NCBI GenBank assembly: GCA_964473825.1
Contig: CAYYQL010000003.1
Location: forward strand, 76,992 to 140,991
Direction: 5' to 3'
DNA length: 64,000 nt
Origin: an uncultured archaeon
GTDB taxonomy: Archaea; Asgardarchaeota; Thorarchaeia; Thorarchaeales; Thorarchaeaceae
A program made the translations under genes and the position numbers. This document shows positions 1-10,053 of this stretch, in pieces. Each line of letters starts with the position of its first letter. The stretch's first letter is position 1. Under the pieces are notes generated by a model. That model was not told where the DNA came from. It saw nothing but the letters and a program-made list of their open reading frames with translations, and ran no database searches.

Positions 1-264
1 GGCGACATTCCGATGGCGATAATCCCTCGCACTGAAGAAATCACACTGCTTCAGCAAGATGGTTCCTTCAAGAAGGAGGAGCTCATTGAGGCGATACGCA
101 TGGGAGTCAACTCCTGTAAGTACCTTCACGAACTCCAGAAAGAGGCGCTCAAGCGAGCATACGCCAAGCGGGCTCCTCTGGATGATGACGAAGACGACGA
201 AGAATACGAGGACGACCTTGAGACGGATCTTGGGGAGTCTGACCTTCCTGAGGAGGAGGATTAG
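1..264 (+). CDS. rrp41: exosome complex exonuclease Rrp41, C-terminal fragment (5' end outside window) with D/E-rich tail
   Basis: Open in frame from the window edge. The C-terminal motif ...YLHELQKEALKRAY resembles the archaeal Rrp41 C-terminus. It lies directly upstream of Rrp42, as in the archaeal exosome operon. Confidence 0.5.
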   Translation, partial: GDIPMAIIPRTEEITLLQQDGSFKKEELIEAIRMGVNSCKYLHELQKEALKRAYAKRAPLDDDEDDEEYEDDLETDLGESDLPEEED

Positions 265-266
265 TA

Positions 267-1094
267 ATGGGAGATTTTAGTTCAGAAACAATAAGCCACA
301 TTGACCGGCACTATATCAAGACTCTTCTAGATAATGGAGAGCGGATTGATAATCGGGCCTTTGACGAATATCGTGATATCGAAATTGAAATCGGTCCAGT
401 CGCGGCCAAGGCGGAGGGTTCAGCAATTGCCAGATTGGGCGGCACGAGCGTCATTGCAGGAGTCAAGGTCCTTACAGGCCAGCCTTATCCAGACACGGCA
501 GATGAAGGTGTCATTATGGTGACAGCAGAGCTTGCCCCGATAGCCTCTCCTATGTTCGAGAGTGGTCCTCCCCGCGAGGACGCCATCGAGCTAGCAAGAG
601 TGGTTGACAGAGGCGTCAGAGAATCTGGAACAGTTGATACAAAGCAGCTGTGCATAGAAGAGGGCAAGCATGTGTACTTGATCTTCTGCGATTTGTATAC
701 GCTGGAATACGACGGCAATCTGATTGACGCATCGTCTCTGGCTGCAAATGCTGCACTCCTCGACACTCGATTCCCTGAGCTCAAGCTTGAGGATGACGAA
801 CTCGTTGAGACCGGCAAGATGATGAAGGTGCCTCTGAAGAACATGGCAATCGAATGCACCGCCTCAAAGATTGGGAATCACATGGTGATTGACCCGCACA
901 TCCGCGAGGAGATGGTGCAAGACTGCCGTCTTACGATGGCAATCGATGATGACGACAACTTCACGGCTCTGCAGAAGGGCGGTGGCATCGGTCCTATCTC
1001 GGTGGACAAGATTGAAGAGGCCATGGACATGGGCCTTGCACGTGCAAAGGATCTTCGAAAGTTAGTCATTGAGGCAACTAAGCGGAAGGACTAG
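267..1094 (+). CDS. rrp42: exosome complex subunit Rrp42 (RNase PH-like, inactive)
   Basis: 275-aa RNase-PH-fold sequence sitting in the operon position after Rrp41 and before L37ae. Confidence 0.8.
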   Translation: MGDFSSETISHIDRHYIKTLLDNGERIDNRAFDEYRDIEIEIGPVAAKAEGSAIARLGGTSVIAGVKVLTGQPYPDTADEGVIMVTAELAPIASPMFESGPPREDAIELARVVDRGVRESGTVDTKQLCIEEGKHVYLIFCDLYTLEYDGNLIDASSLAANAALLDTRFPELKLEDDELVETGKMMKVPLKNMAIECTASKIGNHMVIDPHIREEMVQDCRLTMAIDDDDNFTALQKGGGIGPISVDKIEEAMDMGLARAKDLRKLVIEATKRKD

Positions 1095-1257
1095 TCTAGT
1101 TGAGGACTGATTCTTGGTCTAGTGCCGAGTTTCAGTCAATTCTCAACTCATCGATAGATAGCCTAATAAGCACAGTCGATGGGCGACAAATCGACTCCGA
1201 TGGCCCATCAAAATCACTAACTGGAGTCGCATGACCAACTACTGGATATTGATAACA

Positions 1258-1680
1258 ATGGGAAGGACGAAGAAAGTTGGAAGCACAGGACGCTTCGGAG
1301 CTAGGTACGGCGCCAAATTGCGTCGAAGAGTACTGGACTTGGACCTGAGGCGACGTGAGCCAAATCGTTGCCCGGCCTGTGCAACAAAGGCCCTGAAGCG
1401 AAAGGCGGCGGGTCTTTGGGCATGCAGAAAGTGCGGTCTTGTGTTTGCTGGTGGTGCATATGTTCCATTCACAGACGCTGGCAAGGCAGCCAAGCGAGCA
1501 ATTGCTCAGAGAGTGTCTGATGATCTCCTTGCACTTCGAGATGAAGAGGGAGAGGAAGGTCTTCCCGAGTTCTTGCCCAATGTTGAAGATGAGCCAGTAA
1601 TAGAGTCTGAACCAGAAGTCATCGAGGCTGAAGACCTTATTCACAGCTTTGATGAGCCCTCAGAGGACGAGGAAGAATGA
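1258..1680 (+). CDS. rpl37ae: 50S ribosomal protein L37ae with a ~70-aa acidic C-terminal extension
   Basis: N-terminal MGRTKKVGSTGRFGARYGAKLRRR plus a C4 zinc ribbon (CPAC...CRKC) characteristic of L37ae. The D/E-rich tail is unusual. The start was taken at an internal ATG of the ORF at 1231. Confidence 0.85.
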   Translation: MGRTKKVGSTGRFGARYGAKLRRRVLDLDLRRREPNRCPACATKALKRKAAGLWACRKCGLVFAGGAYVPFTDAGKAAKRAIAQRVSDDLLALRDEEGEEGLPEFLPNVEDEPVIESEPEVIEAEDLIHSFDEPSEDEEE

Positions 1681-2248
1681 ATCCAAGGTTCGTACACAGT
1701 TGCTCCTGATAACCACCTCCCGTCGGACCTCCAATCGTGTTAGGTCCTTTGTCAGGGACCTGTCGTTTGTGTTTCCTGGTAGTGAGCGGTTCAACCGTGG
1801 CAGTATGAGCATGGCTGAATTGAAGGCACGTTTCAAGCAATCGGATTCAGATGCGGCTTTGGTTGTGACAACGTATCGTGGCAATCCCGGGAGGCTAAGA
1901 ATCTACTTCTCTGATGATGATACGGCCATAGTGCAGCTGTCTGGATGTGTCCTCCGGAGAGAGGTGCTGCCCGACTCCGACGTGCGTGTTAATAAGATAG
2001 TAAGACTCTCAGTAAGCTCAAAACCATCAGAACTCACCAAGAACATGGCCGATCTCTTGAAGAGAATGACCGGCATGGACTGGGTAGAAGAGAGCGCAGT
2101 CTATCCCTTGGGTCCTGAGCATTCTAACAACACAATTCTGCGTCTGCAAGACGCGGCATCGGGAATGACAGTATGGACTTACTATCACGCGCTTGATGCG
2201 GTAGAGATTGGTCCACGAATGACTGTGAGTGCATTAAGAGGGAAATAA
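1649..2248 (+). CDS. Brix-domain (Imp4/Brix family) ribosome biogenesis protein
   Basis: N-terminal ITTSRRTSNRVRSFVRDL pattern typical of Brix proteins, and the conserved operon position after L37ae. The start overlaps the end of L37ae and its true position is uncertain. Confidence 0.55.
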   Translation: MMSPQRTRKNESKVRTQLLLITTSRRTSNRVRSFVRDLSFVFPGSERFNRGSMSMAELKARFKQSDSDAALVVTTYRGNPGRLRIYFSDDDTAIVQLSGCVLRREVLPDSDVRVNKIVRLSVSSKPSELTKNMADLLKRMTGMDWVEESAVYPLGPEHSNNTILRLQDAASGMTVWTYYHALDAVEIGPRMTVSALRGK

Positions 2249-2250
2249 CA

Positions 2251-2520
2251 ATGGATGCTATCGTACTCGGGGGCGATGCTGTCATAGATATTGACATGGG
2301 ATCAGAGGAGAGAGCAAGGATTATCCTGCAGGCCCTCGAACCTGAAACCAGCGCGATTACTGATCGGTCGACAACCCACATTGCGTTGTCCGGGTCGCAG
2401 CTGATATTGAAGATATCCGCAGACGACCTGACTGCTATGCGTGCGGCAATCAATTCCTTTCTCTCTTGGATATCTGCATGCGAACGAATGCTGGATTCTG
2501 TCATAGGCCAAAATCCTTAA
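2251..2520 (+). CDS. pcc1: KEOPS complex subunit Pcc1
   Basis: 89 aa. C-terminal ...ADDLTAMRAAINSFLSWISACERMLD resembles the archaeal Pcc1 helix. The neighbourhood (exosome/prefoldin superoperon) is conserved. Confidence 0.65.
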   Translation: MDAIVLGGDAVIDIDMGSEERARIILQALEPETSAITDRSTTHIALSGSQLILKISADDLTAMRAAINSFLSWISACERMLDSVIGQNP

Positions 2521-2572
2521 GTTTCAACTTGGCTGGCGCAGTCTGAATATACCCCTTAACGAACGGGGGAGT

Positions 2573-2944
2573 ATGATTATCATGTCTCAACAGATACCTC
2601 CAGGACTTGAAGAGAAGATAAAACAGTACGAGAGTCTACGTCGTAGACACGAAGCACTCCAGGTGATGGTTCAAAGACAGCAGTCAGAACTCAATGAGCT
2701 TGAGGCCACTCTGGAAGAGCTTGGGAAGCAGCCAGACGATGCGGTAACATACAAGACAGTTGGTCAAGTCATGTTTCGTGTTGAAAAGAAGAAGATGGTT
2801 GATGAGATGAATGGCCGAAAGGGCACAATCAAGGAGAGCCTTGACAACTACAACAGTCGACTAGAGTCAACAACCACCAAATTGCAGGAACTTCAGAGCA
2901 ACATTCAGGTTGAGCTGGGAGCGCAGAACCTCAGGGTCCAGTGA
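2573..2944 (+). CDS. pfdB: prefoldin beta subunit
   Basis: 123-aa coiled-coil/beta-hairpin/coiled-coil layout (..KTVGQVMFRVEKKK..). Its position after Pcc1 is typical of the archaeal superoperon. Confidence 0.75.
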   Translation: MIIMSQQIPPGLEEKIKQYESLRRRHEALQVMVQRQQSELNELEATLEELGKQPDDAVTYKTVGQVMFRVEKKKMVDEMNGRKGTIKESLDNYNSRLESTTTKLQELQSNIQVELGAQNLRVQ

Positions 2945-3255
2945 CTGAGATGAACCCAGTACTGGAGATCGGCCTACCCACTCTTACAGAAGAGCATATC
3001 GAGGCACTTGCCCAAGATTGCGAGGCGGCTGTCACTCAGAGGCTTTTCATGGTGGTACCGGAAAAGAGTATATCCGATCTATCAGTCTCCTGTACACTGG
3101 AACTCGGTCCAGACGGTCAGCTTGACCTCGATCTTGAGATCATTCTCGAGCAACAGTATGAAACTGGTCATGCTCTGGACGATATTGTGAGTCAAGCCAC
3201 TGAGTATGGTTCGGCGTGGCTTGAGCAGAGGCTTCTGGAGATGAAGGCTGATTGA
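2941..3255 (+). CDS. DUF3194-like conserved archaeal protein (follows prefoldin beta)
   Basis: 104 aa, acidic, translationally coupled to pfdB by overlapping stop/start. DUF3194 genes commonly sit at this locus. Confidence 0.35.
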   Translation: MTEMNPVLEIGLPTLTEEHIEALAQDCEAAVTQRLFMVVPEKSISDLSVSCTLELGPDGQLDLDLEIILEQQYETGHALDDIVSQATEYGSAWLEQRLLEMKAD

Positions 3256-4250
3256 AACTGAGAGTGCTTCTGGAGAAGTCAAATAACATCCTTATTCTGG
3301 GTCATCAGAATGCGGATCCAGACGCGGTTTCATCGATGTATGCCTTGGCACAAGCATACCAGTATCTCAATCCTCAGGGTAGGTCTACGCTTGCATGTGA
3401 TGATGTGAGCAAGCTTTCTGTTCAAGTTCTAGAGCACTTTGACTGCCCTGTAGACATCATTGGAGATCCACATGGTGCTTTCGACTTGGTTGTGCTACTT
3501 GACACAAACAGTAGGTTGCAGCTCGGAGATGCCATTGCTTCTTATGTCAACGATCCTTCTCGAACAGTAATCATTGATCATCACGAGCCAAATCCCGAGA
3601 CCGAGCTCATCTCCGAGTTCATTATCTTAGATAGTGAGAAATCGTCCACATGCGAGATGATGGTAGATATCTTTCGAGAACTGGCCATGCCAATTGATGA
3701 TAAAACCGCGAATCTCCTGCTTGCTGGGATGTTGTTCGACACGCGTCGTTTCTTCTATGCCAATCGAGCCACCCTGGAGGCTGCAGTCATGCTAATCGAG
3801 AGTGGCGCCGACTATGACGAATGCGTCAAATCATTGATTTCTCGTCCAGAGCGTTCGGAGCGAATTGCTAGACTAAAGGCTGCTGGGAGACTCAAACTAC
3901 ATCAAATCGACAAGTGGATTGTGGTGACTTCCAAGGTAGGGGCGTATGAGGCAAGCTCATGTCGGGCATTGATTGATGTAGGGGCAGATGTTGCAATTGT
4001 GGGTGGGCGCCCTGCGAAGAATGTTGTGCGTTTGAGCTCAAGGAGTACCAGAGAGTTTTCAAGGGATACTGGTATCAACTTGGGAAGGGATGTGATGGAA
4101 CCCTTGGGCGAAATCATAGGTGGGACTGGTGGGGGTCATGCGAATGCTGCAGGCGCAAATGGTAATAGAAACTGTGGAAAAGCTTTGAAGCAGGCGGTAG
4201 AACTAATCCGTCAGGCTATCGCGTTGCAAGAAGAAGAAAACAGCTCATAG
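3252..4250 (+). CDS. DHH/DHHA1 family phosphoesterase (NrnA/HAN-like)
   Basis: N-terminal DHH region (ILGHQNADPDAVSS, DHHE) and a C-terminal DHHA1 GGGH motif (GGTGGGHANAAGA). Confidence 0.75.
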   Translation: MKLRVLLEKSNNILILGHQNADPDAVSSMYALAQAYQYLNPQGRSTLACDDVSKLSVQVLEHFDCPVDIIGDPHGAFDLVVLLDTNSRLQLGDAIASYVNDPSRTVIIDHHEPNPETELISEFIILDSEKSSTCEMMVDIFRELAMPIDDKTANLLLAGMLFDTRRFFYANRATLEAAVMLIESGADYDECVKSLISRPERSERIARLKAAGRLKLHQIDKWIVVTSKVGAYEASSCRALIDVGADVAIVGGRPAKNVVRLSSRSTREFSRDTGINLGRDVMEPLGEIIGGTGGGHANAAGANGNRNCGKALKQAVELIRQAIALQEEENSS

Positions 4251-4264
4251 GAGGAGCTGCGGCA

Positions 4265-5116
4265 GTGGGACTGATAGAGTTCAATGATTTCAGCTTCAAA
4301 TACGTCGGCTCAGACACCCTTGCTCTGAGAAAAGTGAACCTATCAGTAGAGCAAGGAGAATACGTCGTCGTAAGTGGCCCGTCCGGCTGTGGCAAGACTA
4401 CTCTCTGCAGGGCAATGAACGGACTCGTGCCCCAATTTCATAGAGGGTACATCGCAGGCAATGTCTTTGTTGACTCGAAGTCCACTCGTGACCATTCAGT
4501 GGCGGAGCTGGCCGGTACTGTGGGGCTGGTCTTCCAGAACCCATCTAATCAGCTTGTAACTTTGAATGTAGAGAAGGAGATCGCCTTTGGGCCTGAGAAT
4601 CTGGGTGTTGACCCGCTGGAGATACGTGAGAGAGTTGAACATCTAATCGACATCCTAGGACTGGAACACCTTCGTGAGAAACATCCTCATGAGATGTCGG
4701 GTGGCGAACAACAGCGAGTTGCCATGGCTGCAACTCTGGCTCTCAAACCTAAGGTCCTTGTTGCAGACGAGCCAACATCAAGCCTTGACCCACGGAGTGC
4801 TGAGCTCATCCTTGAGCTGATTGCAGAACAAAACCGCCAGGGGATGACTGTTGTTCTGGTTGAACATCGTCTCGATGTGGTTGCGAAGGATGCATCGAGG
4901 CTGGTTTTGATGAACAACGGATCGGTAGTTGCTGATGGAACCCCAAGAGAGGTCCTCCTCCTGGACATTTGTCAAGAGATAGGAATTGGCATACCGAAGG
5001 CCGTAGAGGTCTTCAAATGCCTCAGATCAAATGAGCTACACCTTTCTGAGGTACCTATGAGTGGGGCGGACTTGATACGAGTCTTTCGGGAGGTCATAGA
5101 ATATGATTCAGCTTGA
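4265..5116 (+). CDS. ecfA: ECF transporter ATPase component EcfA1 (CbiO-like)
   Basis: Walker A GPSGCGKTT, ABC signature LSGGEQQRVAMA, Walker B LVADEPTS. Confidence 0.85.
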   Translation: MGLIEFNDFSFKYVGSDTLALRKVNLSVEQGEYVVVSGPSGCGKTTLCRAMNGLVPQFHRGYIAGNVFVDSKSTRDHSVAELAGTVGLVFQNPSNQLVTLNVEKEIAFGPENLGVDPLEIRERVEHLIDILGLEHLREKHPHEMSGGEQQRVAMAATLALKPKVLVADEPTSSLDPRSAELILELIAEQNRQGMTVVLVEHRLDVVAKDASRLVLMNNGSVVADGTPREVLLLDICQEIGIGIPKAVEVFKCLRSNELHLSEVPMSGADLIRVFREVIEYDSA

Positions 5117-5927
5117 AGGCGTTCATTATATCTACGACGGCCTCTATCCCGCTTTGAATGGTGTTTCTCTTCAGATCGATGAAGGTGAATTGGTTGCCAT
5201 AATGGGTTCAAACGGGGCTGGCAAGACAACACTCCTCAAGCATCTCAATGGACTGCTCCGTCCACAGAAGGGACATGTCTTCTTGGATGGTGAAGAAACG
5301 AGCAAGTATTCAGTGGCGCAACTCTCCCGCCAGATAGGACTGGTGTGGCAGAACCCAGACCATCAGCTGTTTCTGGACTCGGTTCAGAAAGAGATAGTAT
5401 TCGGACTCGAGAATCTCGGATATGATGACAATGAGATTGTTCGGAGAAGCACTCGTACACTCGAGCAACTAGGGCTCTCACACCTGTCAGAACGTTCTCC
5501 CTTCTCGCTCTCAGGAGGGGAGAGAAAGAGGGTCGCTCTTGCATCCGTGCTAGCAATCGAGCCGCGTATATTGGCTCTCGATGAGCCCACTATTGGCCAA
5601 GACGCAAGACAAAAAGAACGACTGGCCGAGATACTCATCAAGCTGAAGGACGAAGGACGTACAATCATTGTTGTGACCCACGATATCGAGTTTGTGACTG
5701 AGCACTTCCCGCGCACGGTTGCCATGAGCGATGGTAGAATAGTGGCTGATGGGAATACCGCGTCGGTACTTAGCAATCGAGATATCATTGACAGATGCTC
5801 TCTGACTGTTCCCCAGATGACCGTAGTGGCTCAAGGCCTCCACGAGTTCTTTCCGGAGGTTTCGCTAAGGTTGGCTCATGTGAATGACATCGTTTCAGAG
5901 CTTCTCAGATTGGCAGGAGGGAACTAG
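5103..5927 (+). CDS. ecfA2: ECF transporter ATPase component EcfA2
   Basis: Walker A GSNGAGKTT, signature LSGGERKRVALA, Walker B LALDEPT. Arranged in tandem with EcfA1. Confidence 0.85.
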   Translation: MIQLEGVHYIYDGLYPALNGVSLQIDEGELVAIMGSNGAGKTTLLKHLNGLLRPQKGHVFLDGEETSKYSVAQLSRQIGLVWQNPDHQLFLDSVQKEIVFGLENLGYDDNEIVRRSTRTLEQLGLSHLSERSPFSLSGGERKRVALASVLAIEPRILALDEPTIGQDARQKERLAEILIKLKDEGRTIIVVTHDIEFVTEHFPRTVAMSDGRIVADGNTASVLSNRDIIDRCSLTVPQMTVVAQGLHEFFPEVSLRLAHVNDIVSELLRLAGGN

Positions 5928-6698
5928 ATGTCTTTTCTTGAGGTGTTCCAATATACCCGACAGGACTCGGTTATTCATAGGCTTGATCCGCGATCGAAAT
6001 TGGTGCTATCCACTGTTCTGGCCATGGCATCTCTTCTCTTCGTGAATATCCTTCCCTTGGTGATTCTCTTACTGGTTCTCATCCCTCTACTCGCCCTAGC
6101 CCGATCTCTACAACGCTGGATGAAGAGCATGAGAGGGCTCTCTGTCCTGATTCTCTTCATTGTCATCTTCAATACGTTGCTCTCCACGGTGGCAAACCCT
6201 TTCTCCTATTCGATTGCGCTCTCACTGCGTCTGATTGCCCTGATGAGCTCCTTCTCTTTGTTCTTTTTAACAGTCCATCCGGATGAGTTGTCTCAGGCCC
6301 TCATTCAGATGCATGTGAAGTTCGAGTTTGCCTTCGCCATGAGTATGGCAATGCGCTATGTTCCCACTCTTGGGCAGGAGGCCTATGCGATCATGGACGC
6401 ACAGAAGGCCAGAGGAGTGGAGCTGGACCGTGGGAACCTATTGAAGAGAATCCGCAACATAGTTCCCATCATAGTACCACTCATCATCGTATCAATTCGG
6501 AGGGCTTTGTCGATAGCCGAGAGTATGGAGTCTAGAGGATTTGGTGCATGCGAGAATCGTACCTATCTCGAGCAACTTGAGTTTACAACTAGGGACTGGG
6601 CACTGGTCATTGTGTCTATCATCTCACTCTGTTTCTTAGTCTATGTTAGACTCTACGTTCCTCTTCCCCCATGGATGTCTTGGGAACTACCACTGTAG
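5928..6698 (+). CDS. ecfT: ECF transporter transmembrane component EcfT (CbiQ family)
   Basis: Polytopic membrane protein with the conserved AxxARG motif (DAQKARGVE), located downstream of the two EcfA genes. Confidence 0.75.
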   Translation: MSFLEVFQYTRQDSVIHRLDPRSKLVLSTVLAMASLLFVNILPLVILLLVLIPLLALARSLQRWMKSMRGLSVLILFIVIFNTLLSTVANPFSYSIALSLRLIALMSSFSLFFLTVHPDELSQALIQMHVKFEFAFAMSMAMRYVPTLGQEAYAIMDAQKARGVELDRGNLLKRIRNIVPIIVPLIIVSIRRALSIAESMESRGFGACENRTYLEQLEFTTRDWALVIVSIISLCFLVYVRLYVPLPPWMSWELPL

Positions 6699-6778
6699 TG
6701 GGGGTTTTGGTTAACCCGAAACACAAAACGGAGAATCAATAACCTAGTTCTCTCATCAAGGTCTGTGGAGATGTTTCT

Positions 6779-8122
6779 TTGCTCCATGAAGAACGGATAG
6801 CACTACTGAATGATCTGCAACCTGCTGATGGTGACTACGTCCTGTACTGGATGCAGGCGTCCCAACGGTGTGAGTTCAACCATGCCTTGGAGTATGCCGT
6901 TCGGCGTGCAAACAAACTAGGTATGGGGCTCCTAGTCTTCTTCGGGCTCACTGATGATTTCCCTGAAGCAAACGCCAGGCATTACCGTTTCATGTTAGAG
7001 GGACTTTCAGAGACCGCATCCAGACTGGAAGAACTTGGCATCCGTTTTGTAGTTCAGAAGTGCTCACCGCCTGATGGGGTTGTGGATCTCTCCCAAGAGG
7101 CATCCCTTGTTGTTACCGACGCAGATTATCTTCAGCTTCAGAGAAGGTGGCAATCGGATGTCTCCTCCAGAATAGACGTACCCGTCTACCAAGTCGAAAG
7201 CAATGTTGTCGTACCTGTCGAGGTGGCATCTCAGAAGGAGGAATATGCCGCCTACACCTTCAGACCACGGATATCGAAGCACTTGGACAAGTATCTTGCG
7301 CCCTTAGAGATGTCACGAGTTAAGAAGTCGGCTCCAAGTCTAGAAACCGATTCACTTCCAATCCACGATGTCACGCAGGTTTTTGATGAGCTTAATTTGG
7401 ATGAGAGTGTAACCCCGGGCTGTCTTCGTGGTGGAGCAAAAGAAGCCGAGCGACTTCTGGGCACCTTTCTCCAGGAGAAGATTGACAGGTTCCCGGATTT
7501 ACGCAACGATCCTTCCAAGGACTATCTATCGCACCTGAGCCCTTACCTTCACTTTGGACAGATATCTCCACTCCAGATAGCACTTGAGGCGAAGTCCACT
7601 GAAAGCCCTGGATCTGACGTCTTCATCGAGGAACTAGTCATAAGAAGAGAGCTCAGCATGAACTTCGTATACTACAATACTCACTATAATGAACTGCAAG
7701 GACTACCAGACTGGGCCTTGACCACACTGGAGGAACACCGATATGATGATAGAGAGTATGTCTATACTCTAAAGGAGTTCGAAGAGGCAGAGACTCACGA
7801 TATCTACTGGAATGCGGCTCAGTCGGAAATGATGAAGACGGGAAAAATGCATGGTTACATGCGCATGTATTGGGGTAAGAAGATCCTAGAATGGTCTGAA
7901 ACCCCCGAGGATGCTCACAGTACCGCCCTGTATCTGAACAACAAGTACGAGATTGACGGGCGCGACCCGAATGGGTACACGGGTGTTGCCTGGTGCTTTG
8001 GCAAACACGATCGGGCTTGGCAGGAACGACCCATATTCGGTAAAGTGCGGTACATGAATGCCCGGGGACTAGAACGAAAGTTCGACATTGAAGAGTATGC
8101 CGAAAGGGTGGACTCCCTCTAG
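6779..8122 (+). CDS. phr: deoxyribodipyrimidine photolyase, class II (CPD photolyase)
   Basis: N-terminal LYWMQASQR..NHALEYA and the 447-aa length are typical of class II photolyases. Confidence 0.75.
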   Translation: MLHEERIALLNDLQPADGDYVLYWMQASQRCEFNHALEYAVRRANKLGMGLLVFFGLTDDFPEANARHYRFMLEGLSETASRLEELGIRFVVQKCSPPDGVVDLSQEASLVVTDADYLQLQRRWQSDVSSRIDVPVYQVESNVVVPVEVASQKEEYAAYTFRPRISKHLDKYLAPLEMSRVKKSAPSLETDSLPIHDVTQVFDELNLDESVTPGCLRGGAKEAERLLGTFLQEKIDRFPDLRNDPSKDYLSHLSPYLHFGQISPLQIALEAKSTESPGSDVFIEELVIRRELSMNFVYYNTHYNELQGLPDWALTTLEEHRYDDREYVYTLKEFEEAETHDIYWNAAQSEMMKTGKMHGYMRMYWGKKILEWSETPEDAHSTALYLNNKYEIDGRDPNGYTGVAWCFGKHDRAWQERPIFGKVRYMNARGLERKFDIEEYAERVDSL

Positions 8123-8169
8123 CCTCTCCCAACATGATTTATCTTAGATGAACGTGATATCTACGCACC

Positions 8170-8751
8170 ATGAATCTTGATGAGATCAGTCTTCCAGAAC
8201 GAGAATCATACATGGTCATGGACATACTGTCAGACCTCAAGCTCATAGAGGCGACGCCCACAGTCACCTATCAGGTGGCCTGTGATATCTTCTACTACGA
8301 ACTGAGGTGTTGCCGTGATGAGCTGGGCGATGATGCAACAATCTCTCAGGATCTCCAGCACATCATCGACTTCATGCAGAATGACTACGAACATATGTTG
8401 GTGACGGCAAAGCTTCATGAGGCTAGACACAAGCCGAAGGCAGCCATTGAGAATCTAGAGAACGGACTCTCCGATGAGACAAAGAACTACCAGCTCATCC
8501 ACTCCTCAGATCAGGTATGGCGTGCGCTTCAGTCTGCACAAGAAGCTCGGATGAGGGAGATTAAGCAATACAAGATGATGGAGAAGGGGATTCGGAAACA
8601 GATTGAGGAAGAGCCCAAGGACCCCGATCTTTACAACCAGCTCAGACTTCTACTCTGGATTCAAGGCAGATACAGAGCTGCAAAGAACGCGTACGTGAAA
8701 GCAACAAAATGGGGCTGGACACCCGAAACAAGCAAGCTGGTGGCTCTCTAA
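8170..8751 (+). CDS. hypothetical protein
   Basis: 193-aa ORF with no recognisable motif. Confidence 0.4.
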   Translation: MNLDEISLPERESYMVMDILSDLKLIEATPTVTYQVACDIFYYELRCCRDELGDDATISQDLQHIIDFMQNDYEHMLVTAKLHEARHKPKAAIENLENGLSDETKNYQLIHSSDQVWRALQSAQEARMREIKQYKMMEKGIRKQIEEEPKDPDLYNQLRLLLWIQGRYRAAKNAYVKATKWGWTPETSKLVAL

Positions 8752-8893
8752 CCACAAACTCAGATGCTCGGGGTCTTTGTGGACCCAATCGACTCTCTCA
8801 CGTGATAGTAGGACAACATATCCTAAAACAATACCAAAAAGGAGTGCCTGCGAAAAACAGGACAAAAGCGCCCTAACAAGAGTACTATGACTC

Positions 8894-9301
8894 TCAGCCC
8901 ATGTGTCTCTCGTTGCCAGGTATTGGTGGTACAGCGTATGTGAAGTACTGGAATTCGAGATCCCGACCCTCCGGGTCCTTGGCAAAGAACTGATAGATGC
9001 CATATTTTTGATTCTCTCGTGGTTCACATTCTGCAATCTCACTCAGAGACTCATACACCCTGCGGACTTTTTCTCTGGATGAGTAGTAGAGGGTGATCAT
9101 GATGTCCGTCTGTGCACTCTCCCGTTCGCAGAAACCCACCAGGAGATTGTCGTAACTCAGTATCTTGCAGTCGCCCTGGTCTAACCACATCTTCATGCCT
9201 ATCCTACTCTGGTAGAACTCAACAATCTCATCAAGTATCTCTGTACGAAGAAAGACTATTCCCGGCATCGATATCTCCACATGAAAGTATGATACTCTCA
9301 T
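8894..9301 (-). CDS. VOC family protein (glyoxalase/bleomycin-resistance fold)
   Basis: GIYQFFAKDPEGRDLEFQ motif typical of VOC/glyoxalase-I beta-alpha-beta-beta-beta modules. Confidence 0.55.
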   Translation of the reverse strand: MRVSYFHVEISMPGIVFLRTEILDEIVEFYQSRIGMKMWLDQGDCKILSYDNLLVGFCERESAQTDIMITLYYSSREKVRRVYESLSEIAECEPRENQKYGIYQFFAKDPEGRDLEFQYFTYAVPPIPGNERHMG

Positions 9302-9361
9302 TCACTTGAGAGGGGACTGATAATCTATTTGGAAACACACGTATTCCGCTATTACACACGA

Positions 9362-9892
9362 TCAGGTTTTGGCACCATAATAGGTGTACATATCGACAGG
9401 CTTGCCCGATATCTTGAGATACATCCATAGCTGCATTTTGTGCATGGCAAGATGACTGGTCATCTCCTGAAGACATTCTGGCCATGTCTTGGTCCCTTCT
9501 CTCTGATAGAATGGTTTCATCTTTGCTTCAAGAAAGTCCTTCTCGCTCATATCCTGAAAGAACGCTTTCGCGTACTCGAGCCCGCTGTCGAAATTTTCGA
9601 CCATTTCACTCACCGAGCTCCCGGTGAGCTCTTTCTCCAGTGCTTGCGCATCTTCAACCGTTGCGACTTCTCCCGAATATATTGCGGTATCAATTCGGGG
9701 AATCTGAGCTAGGTGATTCGCCAGCTCCTTCAGAGCCCTCAGATTATCCGATGGGGTGTAGAAGAGGTTCGTGCCCTCTGCCTTTGATAGCACAAATCGA
9801 GTCTGCCTTGCTTCTTCCAAAAACCCATCAAGAATGATATTTTTCGTGCTTGACATTGCATGATCTCCATTCGCCCTTTGACCGGAATCCAC
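9362..9892 (-). CDS. DinB/YfiT-like (DinB_2) metal-dependent protein
   Basis: Helical-bundle-like sequence with a conserved His pattern (..TSHLAMHKMQLWMYL..). Confidence 0.4.
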   Translation of the reverse strand: MDSGQRANGDHAMSSTKNIILDGFLEEARQTRFVLSKAEGTNLFYTPSDNLRALKELANHLAQIPRIDTAIYSGEVATVEDAQALEKELTGSSVSEMVENFDSGLEYAKAFFQDMSEKDFLEAKMKPFYQREGTKTWPECLQEMTSHLAMHKMQLWMYLKISGKPVDMYTYYGAKT

Positions 9893-10053
9893 TGGTAGGC
9901 CTCTCTATTTCATCCTATTCATTTGAGCGACCCATCGCAACCGTCTGTCCATGTGATGCAGTCAGGGAATCAAACATCTCAGAAGAATGACTGTCCTAGC
10001 CCATCAGATTCGAACTGCACATCATCTGCGGTCAATTTCTTCTCTTTGATACA

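Noticed and set aside
9961-10030. GTTCGAATC T-loop-like motif on the minus strand, a possible tRNA
   Set aside because: The flanking bases do not form a 5-bp T stem (only CAG/CTG pairs), and no acceptor or D arm can be built. It is not a tRNA.
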